Of a stretch of 64,000 bases of DNA, positions 21,510-31,295 are shown one piece after another. A program made the translations under genes and the position numbers. Numbering within the stretch: the stretch's first letter is position 1; every line of letters starts with the position of its first letter. A model generated the notes under the pieces. It was not told the DNA's origin and did no database searches. It saw nothing but the letters and a program-made list of their open reading frames with translations. The stretch covers positions 192,593 through 256,592 of the forward strand of contig CAYFMS010000002.1 in assembly GCA_964344415.1 (NCBI GenBank). The letters run 5' to 3'. The DNA is from an uncultured Gammaproteobacteria bacterium (GTDB lineage: Bacteria; Patescibacteriota; Patescibacteriia; UBA9934).

Positions 21510-24500
21510 ATATTCCCTTCAATTAAATCTCGTTCAAAAGCTTGAATCCCCTTGATGCTCTGTTCATAATGATCGACCGATGGGAAATCAAGTTGCATTA
21601 TCTTTTTATGAATAGCATGAATCAGTTTTTTAAGATGTTCAATTTCATCAGATGCAAACATTGTTTTCAGCGTATGTATTCCTTCAATGGTATCGCCTTG
21701 GACGAATTCAATAAGACCTGATTCTGTTTTCCAATCCGTATATTCACGTGATTGATCAATCAGAAGATAATAAAAGAGTAATTGCTGCCTAAATTGATGT
21801 GTTTTGATTTTATCGGTTGGTGAACCTTTTGACCATGAAGATATTGCCTTTCGCGTTTTAAAGTCTACAACCTCCAACCGTTTCTCATCTTCATGAAAGA
21901 TTATTCGATCGATTTTTCCAGATAGCGGAATATCATCGAGATAGATATTTTTTATATCCTTTTCACAAATGCCCTTGTTTTTGTATTGAGTAACATAGTA
22001 GTCATAATACGACTCAAGAAAGATATCTGCACTTTTTTTGTACTTTATCGCCTCTTTCTTCGAAAAGGCAGAAGCGTCAAATAATGTATTAATTCGATCA
22101 TTAATCTCGCCTTTTTCAAGAAGTGTATCCGACATATACATCATTTGAAGCACATCATGGATAATGGATCCATACATGCCGCTTGGGCTACGACCTTGAG
22201 GAAAGCGCAATAGGTTCTTTTCAAAGAAGTACTGCGGCCCGCCCTTTGTAACATCGAGAAAATTATTGAGATGCGTCACGCTGAGTACATATTTCTCGAG
22301 AATAGGCGCAAGGAAATTCTTATGATCACTAATGAGTGCCTGTGTCTGATCATTTTTAACAATCGGCCTGTGAACCTCACTGTTCTCATTTGCTAATTGC
22401 TCATCGATGTATGGAAATGGCAAAACTTCCTTTCCCGTATCCGTTAATCGATAATAACTAAAATGAAGATGTGATTCGGCTCTTGTGGCTGCCACAAATA
22501 ATAGACGGATCAGCTCGTCATCATCATGCTTTGGCGAAAGAGGCAAGAATGATGGAAATGATAATTTCTGTATTCCTTTCGTTTTCCAATGCGCGAGATT
22601 TGCGTGAATAATGTATACATGTGGAAATTCCAGTCCCTTTGCCTTATGCGCAGTAAAAAGTGAAACAGCATTTTGTTGATCTCGATGCTTGAATACATTT
22701 TTAATCCGAATTTCATTTTGCAAGTGAAATTCAATGTACTCAATGATTTTTTCAAGTGATGCATCATTGACGCCTCGTAAATGGCCGATGAATGTCTGGA
22801 GTGCGCTTAGATGGTCATAATAAGTCGCGGGCCGCTGTTCACGAATTTTATCCGAGAAAAACATATTTCGAATACTCCAATCACCTTCCGACAAAATGAC
22901 ATCTATTAATGCTTCGATATTAAGATCATGCGAACGCTTGAGTAGCTGCTGTATATTGGCCGCGAGAATTTGAATGGTTTCATGTTCAGATTTACGCATC
23001 AATGATAGCCAATTCGTCCTTGTTTCATGCGCCGTTAACGACAAATCCCAATATGCTTCATCGGGAATCTGATAGATCTCATTTGAAAGGATTTCAGATA
23101 AATAGACATTCATTTGCCTTATATCCTTTTTCTGATAAGCCTGAACAAGGAAAAGATATTTGATAATCAATGACACAATATCATCATCAAAAATATTTGA
23201 TTCTCTCTCAAATGAAACAGGAACTCCGCGTTCATTCAATGCCTGCGACATACGAATCAAATCACTATTTTTACGCGTGATAACAGCTATGTCTTTTGCA
23301 GGAATCCCTGATTGAATTTGAACGGAAATGTTATTTGCGATTTCTTGAGCTTCCGAGTAAGCATCCTGATATTTGGTAAATGTGATATCGGTTTGCATTT
23401 CACCTGATTTCATTGACTCTAAATCTTTTTCAATTTCATCAAAGAAATGCTGCATTCGTGAACTAGAATCATGAATAATTGACTGCGCAAAATCAAGAAT
23501 CTTCTGACTAGACCGATAATTTTGTGCAAGAGTAACAAAAGTGACATCTTTGTATGTCTTGGTGAATTGTATGAGATTCTGAAGCTCGGCACCCTGAAAG
23601 GAGAAAATTGCCTGATCATCATCACCGACGGCCAAAATATTTGCATCTTCGTTTGTGATCAGATTTAGCAGTTTTAATTGTGCACCTGATGTATCTTGGA
23701 ATTCATCAACGAGAATAAATTGATACTGTTCTTGAATATTATATTGCAACGTTTTATTCGATTGTATGTTGTTAATGACCTCAAGAATCATGTCATCAAA
23801 ATCGAAAAAACCGCGCTTTTTCATCTCTGACTGATACTGTTCATACACATCTGCAAGTTCAAGCATTTTCTCGCAGCGTCGAATATCTTTCAGGACATAT
23901 TCATTCTTCTCATCCTTTTGGAGGTAGGCTGATTTCCATTTACTGACAGGTTTTGTTGTTTGCTGATCAGCCGATTCCATGAGAGCTTTGGCAAGCGATG
24001 TTTTAATGATGTCATGTGCCGGCACATCACCTGACGGTATTTTTGAAAGAAATTCATCAATATGGGCGATGGTTTTCATGCTTAGTCTTGGCGCGAATGC
24101 TTCAGGAATGCCCTTTTGAACTTCTGCTAAATACTCAAGATTGTTCTGAATAGTTGAGCGAAATTCTGTTGGTGACAATCCAGCGCGCCGAATATTGCTA
24201 ATACATGAAGCGGCATCCTTCAGATAAATGTATCCACCGTGATCCGGATGATAGCTTGAGAGTTGCTTTTGAAGCGGAAGCTCCTCAAAAATGGATTGCA
24301 ATACCTGCAATTTTGTCATTTCATCGGCGGGTTCAAGGCGAATATTATTAAAAAAGTCCTCTGGATATCGGCGGATAATCGAGCTTCCAAATCCATGAAA
24401 TGTATGAATAGCCACTTTATAAGCATCCTTCCCAATCAGCCCAATAAGTCGCTTACGCATATTTTCGGCAGCAGATTCGGTGAATGTCAAGCAAAGAATG

Positions 24501-24670
24501 TTTTGAGGTAAAACATCGGTTTCTTTCAAAATATTTGCCGTACGCATGCCAAGAAGTTCGGTCTTTCCCGATCCGGGCCCCGCAATAACGAGAACAGGCC
24601 CGTAAATGGTATCAACGGCTTTTTTCTGTCCCTGATTCAATTTTTTATATCGATCTGCAAAAGAGCTCAT
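21506..24670 (-). CDS. UvrD/PcrA-family SF1 DNA helicase fused to a C-terminal PD-(D/E)xK nuclease domain (AddA/AdnB-like helicase-nuclease)
   Basis: Walker A AGPGSGKTELL, DExx (VDEFQDTSG) and UvrD motifs III-VI. The C-terminal ~250 aa carry a D...E.K pattern (IDRIIFHEDEKRLEVVDFKTRK) typical of RecB/Cas4-type nucleases. 1054 aa. Confidence 0.8.
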   Translation of the reverse strand: MSSFADRYKKLNQGQKKAVDTIYGPVLVIAGPGSGKTELLGMRTANILKETDVLPQNILCLTFTESAAENMRKRLIGLIGKDAYKVAIHTFHGFGSSIIRRYPEDFFNNIRLEPADEMTKLQVLQSIFEELPLQKQLSSYHPDHGGYIYLKDAASCISNIRRAGLSPTEFRSTIQNNLEYLAEVQKGIPEAFAPRLSMKTIAHIDEFLSKIPSGDVPAHDIIKTSLAKALMESADQQTTKPVSKWKSAYLQKDEKNEYVLKDIRRCEKMLELADVYEQYQSEMKKRGFFDFDDMILEVINNIQSNKTLQYNIQEQYQFILVDEFQDTSGAQLKLLNLITNEDANILAVGDDDQAIFSFQGAELQNLIQFTKTYKDVTFVTLAQNYRSSQKILDFAQSIIHDSSSRMQHFFDEIEKDLESMKSGEMQTDITFTKYQDAYSEAQEIANNISVQIQSGIPAKDIAVITRKNSDLIRMSQALNERGVPVSFERESNIFDDDIVSLIIKYLFLVQAYQKKDIRQMNVYLSEILSNEIYQIPDEAYWDLSLTAHETRTNWLSLMRKSEHETIQILAANIQQLLKRSHDLNIEALIDVILSEGDWSIRNMFFSDKIREQRPATYYDHLSALQTFIGHLRGVNDASLEKIIEYIEFHLQNEIRIKNVFKHRDQQNAVSLFTAHKAKGLEFPHVYIIHANLAHWKTKGIQKLSFPSFLPLSPKHDDDELIRLLFVAATRAESHLHFSYYRLTDTGKEVLPFPYIDEQLANENSEVHRPIVKNDQTQALISDHKNFLAPILEKYVLSVTHLNNFLDVTKGGPQYFFEKNLLRFPQGRSPSGMYGSIIHDVLQMMYMSDTLLEKGEINDRINTLFDASAFSKKEAIKYKKSADIFLESYYDYYVTQYKNKGICEKDIKNIYLDDIPLSGKIDRIIFHEDEKRLEVVDFKTRKAISSWSKGSPTDKIKTHQFRQQLLFYYLLIDQSREYTDWKTESGLIEFVQGDTIEGIHTLKTMFASDEIEHLKKLIHAIHKKIMQLDFPSVDHYEQSIKGIQAFERDLIEGNI

Positions 24671-25524
24671 GCTTTGATTCCAAAAAGTGTTTCTGTATTA
24701 TGCGTCGTCATTTCTGCAATATCGTTCAGATTTTTATCAAGAAGTTCAGCTAAAAATGTGGCGATAATTTTCACATTCTTTGGCTCATTGCGCTTTCCAC
24801 GATGTGGCGGCGGAGATAAATATGGAGAATCCGTTTCAATCAGAATTTGTTCAAGTGGAATTTGTTTCACTGTTTCTTGCAATTCTTTACTGAACATCAA
24901 AATGCCATTCAAGCCTATATAAAATCCAAGTTCTCGATATTTTTCCGCATCTTCAGCATTACCGGTAAATGAATGAATCACACCTTTTTTCGCCAGTCCA
25001 CCTGAATCAATTTCATTCTTCAGAAGTTCATATTGATCTTCATGAGCATCTCGGCAGTGGACAATAATCGGTTTATCAAATTGCGATGCAAAACGCATTT
25101 GCTTCGTAGCTTCCCTTTTTTGAGTTTGTATAACTTCATCTCTGTCATTCCCCTCTGGAATTCTGTAATAATCCAATCCCAACTCTCCCACAGCAACAAC
25201 CTTTGGATGCGAAACAAGTTCAATGTATTCATCAGGATCAAAAGATTCACTTCGGGTTTTAATTTTGTCAGTTTCCAATTCTTCTGGAGGTAATTCGTCT
25301 GTGTCGTAAAAGCTCTGCTTGTGCAGATGATTTGGATGCAGGCCAATGGTAGCCCAGACTCCTTCATATTTTTCCGCAAGTTCGATAGATGTTCTGCTTG
25401 TGGTCGATTGCGTACCGACTGTAATCATAGAAACGCCCTCATCGAGAGAGCGTTTCACTACTTCATCCATGTCATCTTTATAGGCATTGAAATGAACATG
25501 GCAATGCGAGTCTATGAATTTCAT
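24667..25524 (-). CDS. tatD: TatD-family metal-dependent hydrolase/DNase
   Basis: N-terminal IDSHCHVHF motif and TIM-barrel TatD pattern; 285 aa. Confidence 0.85.
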   Translation of the reverse strand: MKFIDSHCHVHFNAYKDDMDEVVKRSLDEGVSMITVGTQSTTSRTSIELAEKYEGVWATIGLHPNHLHKQSFYDTDELPPEELETDKIKTRSESFDPDEYIELVSHPKVVAVGELGLDYYRIPEGNDRDEVIQTQKREATKQMRFASQFDKPIIVHCRDAHEDQYELLKNEIDSGGLAKKGVIHSFTGNAEDAEKYRELGFYIGLNGILMFSKELQETVKQIPLEQILIETDSPYLSPPPHRGKRNEPKNVKIIATFLAELLDKNLNDIAEMTTHNTETLFGIKA

Positions 25525-26972
25525 ACATCGCGTCTTGGGAAAAGCGGATCGCCGGTAAGAATTGTTCCGCCACTATATCTTCTGAGTATTTCTTCTGATG
25601 TTTGTGGGATAATCGGACGAAGCGCATATGCTGCAAATACGATCATTTGAGCAACTTCGGTCAATACAGATTTGGCTGCCTCTGGATCATCCTTCACGAG
25701 CTTAAATGGCTGTTTTTTGTCGATAATGTCATTCGCAGAAGCGATAATGCCAAAAACAATATCAAGATAATCTTTGAATCGGATCTCATTCATTTCGGCA
25801 TCTAGCTGCACATTGACCTCTTGAAAATCACCATTTAAATCTCCAAGTTTGCCATCGAAGTATTTTTGCGACATCGCAGCGACTCGACTCACCAAATTAC
25901 CAAGCTGATTCGCTAATTCGCTGTATCGAATCTCAATCCGCTCTTTCGAAAGATCACCATCACTTGCATATGGCATCTCGCGGAGCAAGAAATATCGAAT
26001 AGCATCTGTGCCAAATTCATCCGTCAATTCTTTCGGATGAATAACATTTCCAATCGATTTCGACATCTTTTCACCCTCAATCGTGAAGAATCCATGAACA
26101 AATACATCACTTGGTGGCTGAATTCCTGCAGATATTAGCATTGCAGGCCAATACACAGCATGGAAACGAATAATGTCTTTACCGATCACATGAATCGTTC
26201 TTGCATCATTCCAAAATGTCTCGAATTCCGCTGAGTCATCTGCATAGCCAAGTGCCGTAATGTAATTACTGAGCGCATCGAACCAAACGTACATGACCTG
26301 ACTTTCGTCATTAGGAACAGGTACACCCCAATGCTTTGCACGTTCCTGTGAACGTGAAATAGAAAAATCTTCCAGTCCAGATTTTATGAATGAAAGCACT
26401 TCATTTTTTCGCGTTTGCGGGTAGATTTTGATTTCATCTGATTCAATAAGCCGTTCAAGCTCTTCCTGATAATTACTTAATTTGAAAAAATAATTCTCCT
26501 CTTCGATTTTCTCGAGAGATTTTTTATGTGTAGGGCAATTTCCATCTGGGCAATCTTTCTCAGTATAAAAAGATTCACAGCCAACGCAATAAAGGCCGGT
26601 ATATGATTTTTTGTAAATATCTTCAGGTTTGCATGCCGACCAGAGCTTCTGAGCGCCTGTAATATGTCTCTCTTCACGCGTGCGGATAAAATCGTCATAT
26701 GAGCCATCTAAAACACCCTCGAGCTTCTTAAATTCTTCCGCATGTCTTTCGACGAAGTTCGCAACATCTTCCCCAGCAGCCTCCGCAGCCTGAACATTTT
26801 TCAAGCTATTTTCATCACTTCCCGTCTGCAGTCGAACATGATCAGCCCCAAGCTTTTCACGATAATATCGCGCAAGTGCATCCGCCTGAACATACTCAAG
26901 TCCAAAACCAATATGTGGCTTTGCATTCACATATGGGATGGATGTTGTGATATATACATTATTTTTGTTCAT
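25521..26972 (-). CDS. metG: Methionyl-tRNA synthetase (short form, no C-terminal tRNA-binding appendix)
   Basis: HIGH (PYVNAKPHIGFGLE), zinc-knuckle cysteines (CVGCESF...CPDGNC) and KMSKSIGN. Confidence 0.9.
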   Translation of the reverse strand: MNKNNVYITTSIPYVNAKPHIGFGLEYVQADALARYYREKLGADHVRLQTGSDENSLKNVQAAEAAGEDVANFVERHAEEFKKLEGVLDGSYDDFIRTREERHITGAQKLWSACKPEDIYKKSYTGLYCVGCESFYTEKDCPDGNCPTHKKSLEKIEEENYFFKLSNYQEELERLIESDEIKIYPQTRKNEVLSFIKSGLEDFSISRSQERAKHWGVPVPNDESQVMYVWFDALSNYITALGYADDSAEFETFWNDARTIHVIGKDIIRFHAVYWPAMLISAGIQPPSDVFVHGFFTIEGEKMSKSIGNVIHPKELTDEFGTDAIRYFLLREMPYASDGDLSKERIEIRYSELANQLGNLVSRVAAMSQKYFDGKLGDLNGDFQEVNVQLDAEMNEIRFKDYLDIVFGIIASANDIIDKKQPFKLVKDDPEAAKSVLTEVAQMIVFAAYALRPIIPQTSEEILRRYSGGTILTGDPLFPRRDV

Positions 26973-27654
26973 ACTTTTTTGGGGCTAAAACGATAACGAA
27001 TTCACCTTTTGCTGATTCTGGAATCATATCCATAACCTGTTCAACGGTTCCGCGATACGAATCTTCATGCATTTTTGTTAATTCCCTACCAACAAAACAG
27101 TAACGCTCTTTCGGGAGGGCGGCAAGTGTTTTCATGATTCGATGCTTGCTTTCATAAAAAACAACCGCATGATCGATGCTATCCATTTTTTTAAAATAGG
27201 TATTACGCCCTTTTTTTGTTGGAGGAAAGCCGAGAAATGTGAATATATTTGCCGGAAATCCACAAATCGATAATGCAAGCGTCGCTGCAGAAGGTCCAGG
27301 AATCCCCTTTACATCAATGCCTTGATTATATGCTAGTTCGGCAAGAATGCCTCCAGGATCAGATATATTCGGTGATCCGGCATCGGAAACATAGGCGATA
27401 TATTCACCGTCATGAATACTTTTCACTGCTTGTTCAAGCTCAGATGTCGTTGAATGCTGATGAATGGTCAAGAGTGGCGCATCAATCTCGAGCCTCTCAA
27501 TCAATTTCCTCGTCACGCGAGTGTCTTCACAGTATATCGTTTGCGCGCCCCGCAGGATTTCAATCGCGCGTGCAGAGAGGTCGGAAAGATTCCCGATTGG
27601 TGTAGCAACAAAATAAATTGTTTTATTACTCTTCATCTTGATTCCGATCAACAT
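26959..27654 (-). CDS. rsmI: 16S rRNA (cytidine1402-2'-O)-methyltransferase RsmI (tetrapyrrole-methylase fold)
   Basis: N-terminal LYFVATPIGNLSDLSARAIEILRGAQTIYCEDTRVTRKL, characteristic of RsmI. Confidence 0.85.
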   Translation of the reverse strand: MLIGIKMKSNKTIYFVATPIGNLSDLSARAIEILRGAQTIYCEDTRVTRKLIERLEIDAPLLTIHQHSTTSELEQAVKSIHDGEYIAYVSDAGSPNISDPGGILAELAYNQGIDVKGIPGPSAATLALSICGFPANIFTFLGFPPTKKGRNTYFKKMDSIDHAVVFYESKHRIMKTLAALPKERYCFVGRELTKMHEDSYRGTVEQVMDMIPESAKGEFVIVLAPKKYEQK

Positions 27655-28759
27655 TGCCTATTTCTGTATCTGGATAATGTGCATTCCAGCACATCCAGAA
27701 TGATTCTGGTGATTCAATTTGATTCAATTGTGTTCCCGCTAATTCACCTTGAAGGGCTTTCCCATGTTCATTCCAAAGAGAATTTGTCTCATCATCACGA
27801 ATCTCTTTTTCATCAAAATCATAGGTAAAGGTCAAAACATTTCCATCATCGTCTAATCGATCAAAAACACGGATAATACCGGTAATCTCTTCATAAAGCG
27901 CAACAATTGGTCGATCACCAATGGATGTATTCGTTGCTTTGAATCCACGTTCAATATCTTTTGAGAATGCAATCTGTCCCTCCTCTGTACTCACGCCATG
28001 AACAAGCCACTTGAGTGTTAGGTCAGAAACATCGTAATTTTGAGGAAAATAGAGCTGTTTATTCACGTCATAATCAAGATATGGATGTCTCGTATAGTCG
28101 CGAGTATGTCCAGTTTCATTCGATAGCGCCATGCCATCGGGATAAATCTCTTTCCAATCACCCCATTTCAAAATGGTATGAGGATATGTTTCTAGCTCCT
28201 CACCTGTTCGATCTCCTTGAATCGAGATTCCAGTTAGCTGACTCCAAAGTGATCCCGTTTCGTCGTCTTGAATCAGGATATTTGTATTGTAATTTTTGGC
28301 AGCAGCCGAGAATGACTCATCTGTTGAAAATACATGAGAGCTTCGGCAGAATGGCCCATGCGTAATGACAAGATTCTCACCGAGAAATTCATCCATGACG
28401 ACTTGATGCCAATTCATGATTTGAAATGAATAAAAACGATGCTCACCTTTCACCTCGACATCAATTCCATACACGCTATCGTCTAAATATTCATCAGCGA
28501 CATCTACACTGTCGAATGTGGGATTCACAAGCGCTGGCACATCTTCGGCTTGAATACCGCTGTCCACAATGTCTTGAACAGGAACAAGATATCGTTCACC
28601 TTTAAATTTCTGAATTTCAGAGTAAAAACCGCCATCAATTGGATCCATGAACAGACCCTTGATTGTATTATTTACTCTAATATTTTTGATAATAAAAAAT
28701 CCGGCGACGAGAACAAGAACGAGTACACCAAATCCTATCTGTTTTCTATATTGATTCAT
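27626..28759 (-). CDS. DUF3179-family protein with N-terminal signal-anchor
   Basis: Region DVPALVNPTFDSV...HRFYSFQIMNWHQVVMDEFLGENLVITHGPFCRSSHVF matches the DUF3179 signature (IDNPKF...YPL.ILNWHEIVND...V.YCPLCGS). Confidence 0.6.
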   Translation of the reverse strand: MNQYRKQIGFGVLVLVLVAGFFIIKNIRVNNTIKGLFMDPIDGGFYSEIQKFKGERYLVPVQDIVDSGIQAEDVPALVNPTFDSVDVADEYLDDSVYGIDVEVKGEHRFYSFQIMNWHQVVMDEFLGENLVITHGPFCRSSHVFSTDESFSAAAKNYNTNILIQDDETGSLWSQLTGISIQGDRTGEELETYPHTILKWGDWKEIYPDGMALSNETGHTRDYTRHPYLDYDVNKQLYFPQNYDVSDLTLKWLVHGVSTEEGQIAFSKDIERGFKATNTSIGDRPIVALYEEITGIIRVFDRLDDDGNVLTFTYDFDEKEIRDDETNSLWNEHGKALQGELAGTQLNQIESPESFWMCWNAHYPDTEIGNVDRNQDEE

Positions 28760-28774
28760 AATGAAGACAGGTTA

Positions 28775-29005
28775 TCAGATTTTGAGTAATTCTTTCAACT
28801 TTTCCTCGTCATACCCAATGAGGATGTCCCCATCGATTTCAGTGACGGGTACACCCATTTGGCCAGTTTTGTCGATCATTTCCTGAGCTTTCTTTTGATC
28901 TGCTGAAACATCAATCTCATCATATTCGACATGATGATCATCGAGAAAGGTTTTAATTTTCTTACACCAACCGCATGTTGGCGTTGAGTATACAGTTACA
29001 TTCAT
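28775..29005 (-). CDS. Glutaredoxin-like protein (NrdH/YruB-type, CGWC active site)
   Basis: 76 aa with YSTPTCGWCKK, a thioredoxin-fold redoxin. Confidence 0.7.
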   Translation of the reverse strand: MNVTVYSTPTCGWCKKIKTFLDDHHVEYDEIDVSADQKKAQEMIDKTGQMGVPVTEIDGDILIGYDEEKLKELLKI

Positions 29006-30504
29006 AATGACTCAATATAGTGAAGCAATGTTGAGACTCCAAATCCGGATCCTCCGTATCGAGTATAACTGTTTAATGATCGCTCGGCAAAGGCTGGGCC
29101 AGCGATATCTAAATGCACCCATTTTTGATTCTCTTCGATGAAGTTTTGAAGGAAAAGTGCGGCTGTCGTCGATCCAGCATAACGAATCGTGGCAATATTT
29201 CGTAGATCGGCAATCTTTGACTCGATGAATCTTGCATAACGAGCACGCAGTGGTAATTGCCATATCGGTTCACCGGCTATGCCAGCGGATATAAGAATCT
29301 TTTTTGCCGTTTCATCATCATTTGAGAAAAGTGCCGCGACTTCTTCTCCAAGTGCGACAACGCAGGCACCCGTCAATGTGGCCAAGTCAATGACGGTGTC
29401 TACATTTTGTTCCTGAGCATAGGTGAGTGCATCGGCAAGTGTTAGTCGGCCTTCTGCATCGGTATTAAGGATTTCAATCGTTTTTCCATTCGACGCACGT
29501 ACGACATCTCCAGGACGTATTGCTTTACCAGATGGCATATTTTCTGTTGCAGCGATAATCCCATGCACCTCGACGTCAGGTCTTAGCGTTCGTAGAGACT
29601 CGAAAACACCAAGAACAGCCGCTGATCCAGCCATATCGCATTTCATCGTTTCCATTCCTTTTGATGGTTTTAATGATAGACCACCAGAATCAAAAGTTAC
29701 ACCTTTTCCAACGAGGGCTATGCTTGCCTTTGTATGTTCTGGACGATAATGCAAGTGAATGAATTTCGGTTCGCTATCTGCTCCAGCAGCAACAGCTAAA
29801 TATGCACCCATTCCCCTAGCCTCACATTCTTCCCGCGAAAGAATCTTTGTATGAATCAGGCCCTGAGAGTCCTCGGATATTTTAATAGCAGCATGCGCGA
29901 GATGTTCGGGGAGCATGTCTTTTGCGGGCGTATTAACTAGATTTCTTGCCAGAATAATCCCGCGCGCTCGATCTGCGCTCAGCCGCATTTCTCTATCGAG
30001 TATTTCGCGTGAATGATTTTGCTTTGTGTAGATCTCAATATTCCCTACGCAAAGTGATGTCTTTTTTGTTTTATATGCGTCGAAATCATAAGCGGACAAA
30101 TGCAGAGCTTCTGTCATGGCGCTGACAACGGCAGGGATATTTGCATTAGCCACATGCTCACCAGGCATTTGAATGGCAATGCGATTAGCGCCTAATCTCT
30201 GACCAAGTTTTACCGATGATCCAGCGATCTCTCGTGCTATATCGGTATGAAAGTGTTTTGCATCGCCCATACCCATAACAGCAATGTATTTTGCGGATAC
30301 ATTTTGTGGTGCTGGTAAATAAAATTTCTGACCAGGCTGAGCTTCGAATTCTGCAATTTTGGACTGTAATTGATACCCGCCATTCGTCAAAGCATCTAAT
30401 TGTTCAATAATTGGACGTCCAGAATGCTCTTGTGTTGATATTGGCAGTACAATCAGATCGGACGATGTCTGAAAAATCTCTCCCGTGCTTACATTAATAT
30501 TCAT
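29002..30504 (-). CDS. pepA: Leucyl aminopeptidase (M17 family)
   Basis: NTDAEGRL signature plus metal ligands (VGKGVTFDSGG...MKCDMAGSAAV). I trimmed the start to the internal MNINV because the first 23 aa of the tracked ORF look non-native. Confidence 0.88.
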   Translation of the reverse strand: MNINVSTGEIFQTSSDLIVLPISTQEHSGRPIIEQLDALTNGGYQLQSKIAEFEAQPGQKFYLPAPQNVSAKYIAVMGMGDAKHFHTDIAREIAGSSVKLGQRLGANRIAIQMPGEHVANANIPAVVSAMTEALHLSAYDFDAYKTKKTSLCVGNIEIYTKQNHSREILDREMRLSADRARGIILARNLVNTPAKDMLPEHLAHAAIKISEDSQGLIHTKILSREECEARGMGAYLAVAAGADSEPKFIHLHYRPEHTKASIALVGKGVTFDSGGLSLKPSKGMETMKCDMAGSAAVLGVFESLRTLRPDVEVHGIIAATENMPSGKAIRPGDVVRASNGKTIEILNTDAEGRLTLADALTYAQEQNVDTVIDLATLTGACVVALGEEVAALFSNDDETAKKILISAGIAGEPIWQLPLRARYARFIESKIADLRNIATIRYAGSTTAALFLQNFIEENQKWVHLDIAGPAFAERSLNSYTRYGGSGFGVSTLLHYIESL

Positions 30505-30583
30505 AGGTTTTGTTTGATCCTTTTTACAATGGATAATTGACAAAAGCAAGCAAAAACAGTACCATCCCTGCATAAATAGAATT

Positions 30584-30718
30584 ATGCCGCATAATCATCA
30601 ATTAAATCGAAAGAAAGCTCGAGCCGTTGAAGCGAAAAAGCGTGTAATCGCAGCTCGAAAGCGTCGAAAAGCAAAAGCAAAGCGCCTTGCGAAGCAAGAA
30701 GCTGAAGCTGCTAAATAA
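30584..30718 (+). CDS. Small highly basic protein (44 aa, Lys/Arg/Ala-rich), possibly ribosome- or nucleic-acid-associated
   Basis: ATG at 30584 and TAA at 30716-30718 encode MPHNHQLNRKKARAVEAKKRVIAARKRRKAKAKRLAKQEAEAAK. A strong intrinsic terminator follows directly. Below the 60-aa ORF-track cutoff. Confidence 0.35.
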   Translation: MPHNHQLNRKKARAVEAKKRVIAARKRRKAKAKRLAKQEAEAAK

Positions 30719-30720
30719 AT

Positions 30721-30746
30721 AGACCCGCGAGGGTCTGTTTATTTTT
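30721..30746. terminator. Intrinsic terminator (bidirectional; serves small basic ORF + and bcp -)
   Basis: Perfect hairpin AGACCC-GCGA-GGGTCT followed by GTTTATTTTT; an A-rich stretch lies on the other side. Confidence 0.65.
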
Positions 30747-30748
30747 AG

Positions 30749-30839
30749 GTACAGGCAGGACTCGGAGGCCGGAATGACGCGAAGCTCTTAAAATCTCCTC
30801 AATCTCTTTTATCTCCTTCGCACTTATCTCATCTCCTTC
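30749..30839. repeat. Dispersed repeat family member A (ggaatgacgcgaagctc + spaced AATCTC motifs)
   Basis: ggccggaatgacgcgaagctcttaaaatctcctcaatctcttttatctcc is about 85% identical to 44030-44100 and partly to 63000-63100. It overlaps the 3' end of bcp. Confidence 0.6.
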
Positions 30840-31288
30840 AAATCCTCGATAACCTGCTTCGCATGCTCTGCAGGCTTCACCTTTTCATAAGTCTTCGCGA
30901 TCTTACCTTCCGGATCAATCAAATATGAATTGCGCAGAATACCCATATATTTCTTTCCAAACATCGATTTCTCACCAAGACACTCATATGCTTGAATCAT
31001 TTCAGTCGATTCATCTGATAGTAGCGTAAAGTTCAATGATTCTTTCTCCTCAAATTTCTTATGCCTCGCAACCGAATCTTTGCTCACACCAAGCACAACA
31101 GCGTCAAGATTAGCAAAATCAGGTTGAGCATCTCGCAAGGTGCATGCTTCAACAGTACATCCAGGAGTCATGTCTTTTGGATAAAAGTAAATAAGTACCC
31201 ACTTTCCACGATAGTCAGAGAGTGAATGTTCTTTTCCATTCTGATCAGCGAGTGTAAATTCTGGTGCAATCGTTCCAACTTTTAGCAT
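30824..31288 (-). CDS. bcp: Thiol peroxidase, Bcp-type peroxiredoxin (AhpC/TSA family)
   Basis: Peroxidatic Cys context DMTPGCTVEAC; 154 aa. Confidence 0.85.
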   Translation of the reverse strand: MLKVGTIAPEFTLADQNGKEHSLSDYRGKWVLIYFYPKDMTPGCTVEACTLRDAQPDFANLDAVVLGVSKDSVARHKKFEEKESLNFTLLSDESTEMIQAYECLGEKSMFGKKYMGILRNSYLIDPEGKIAKTYEKVKPAEHAKQVIEDLKEMR

Positions 31289-31295
31289 ATGGTTA

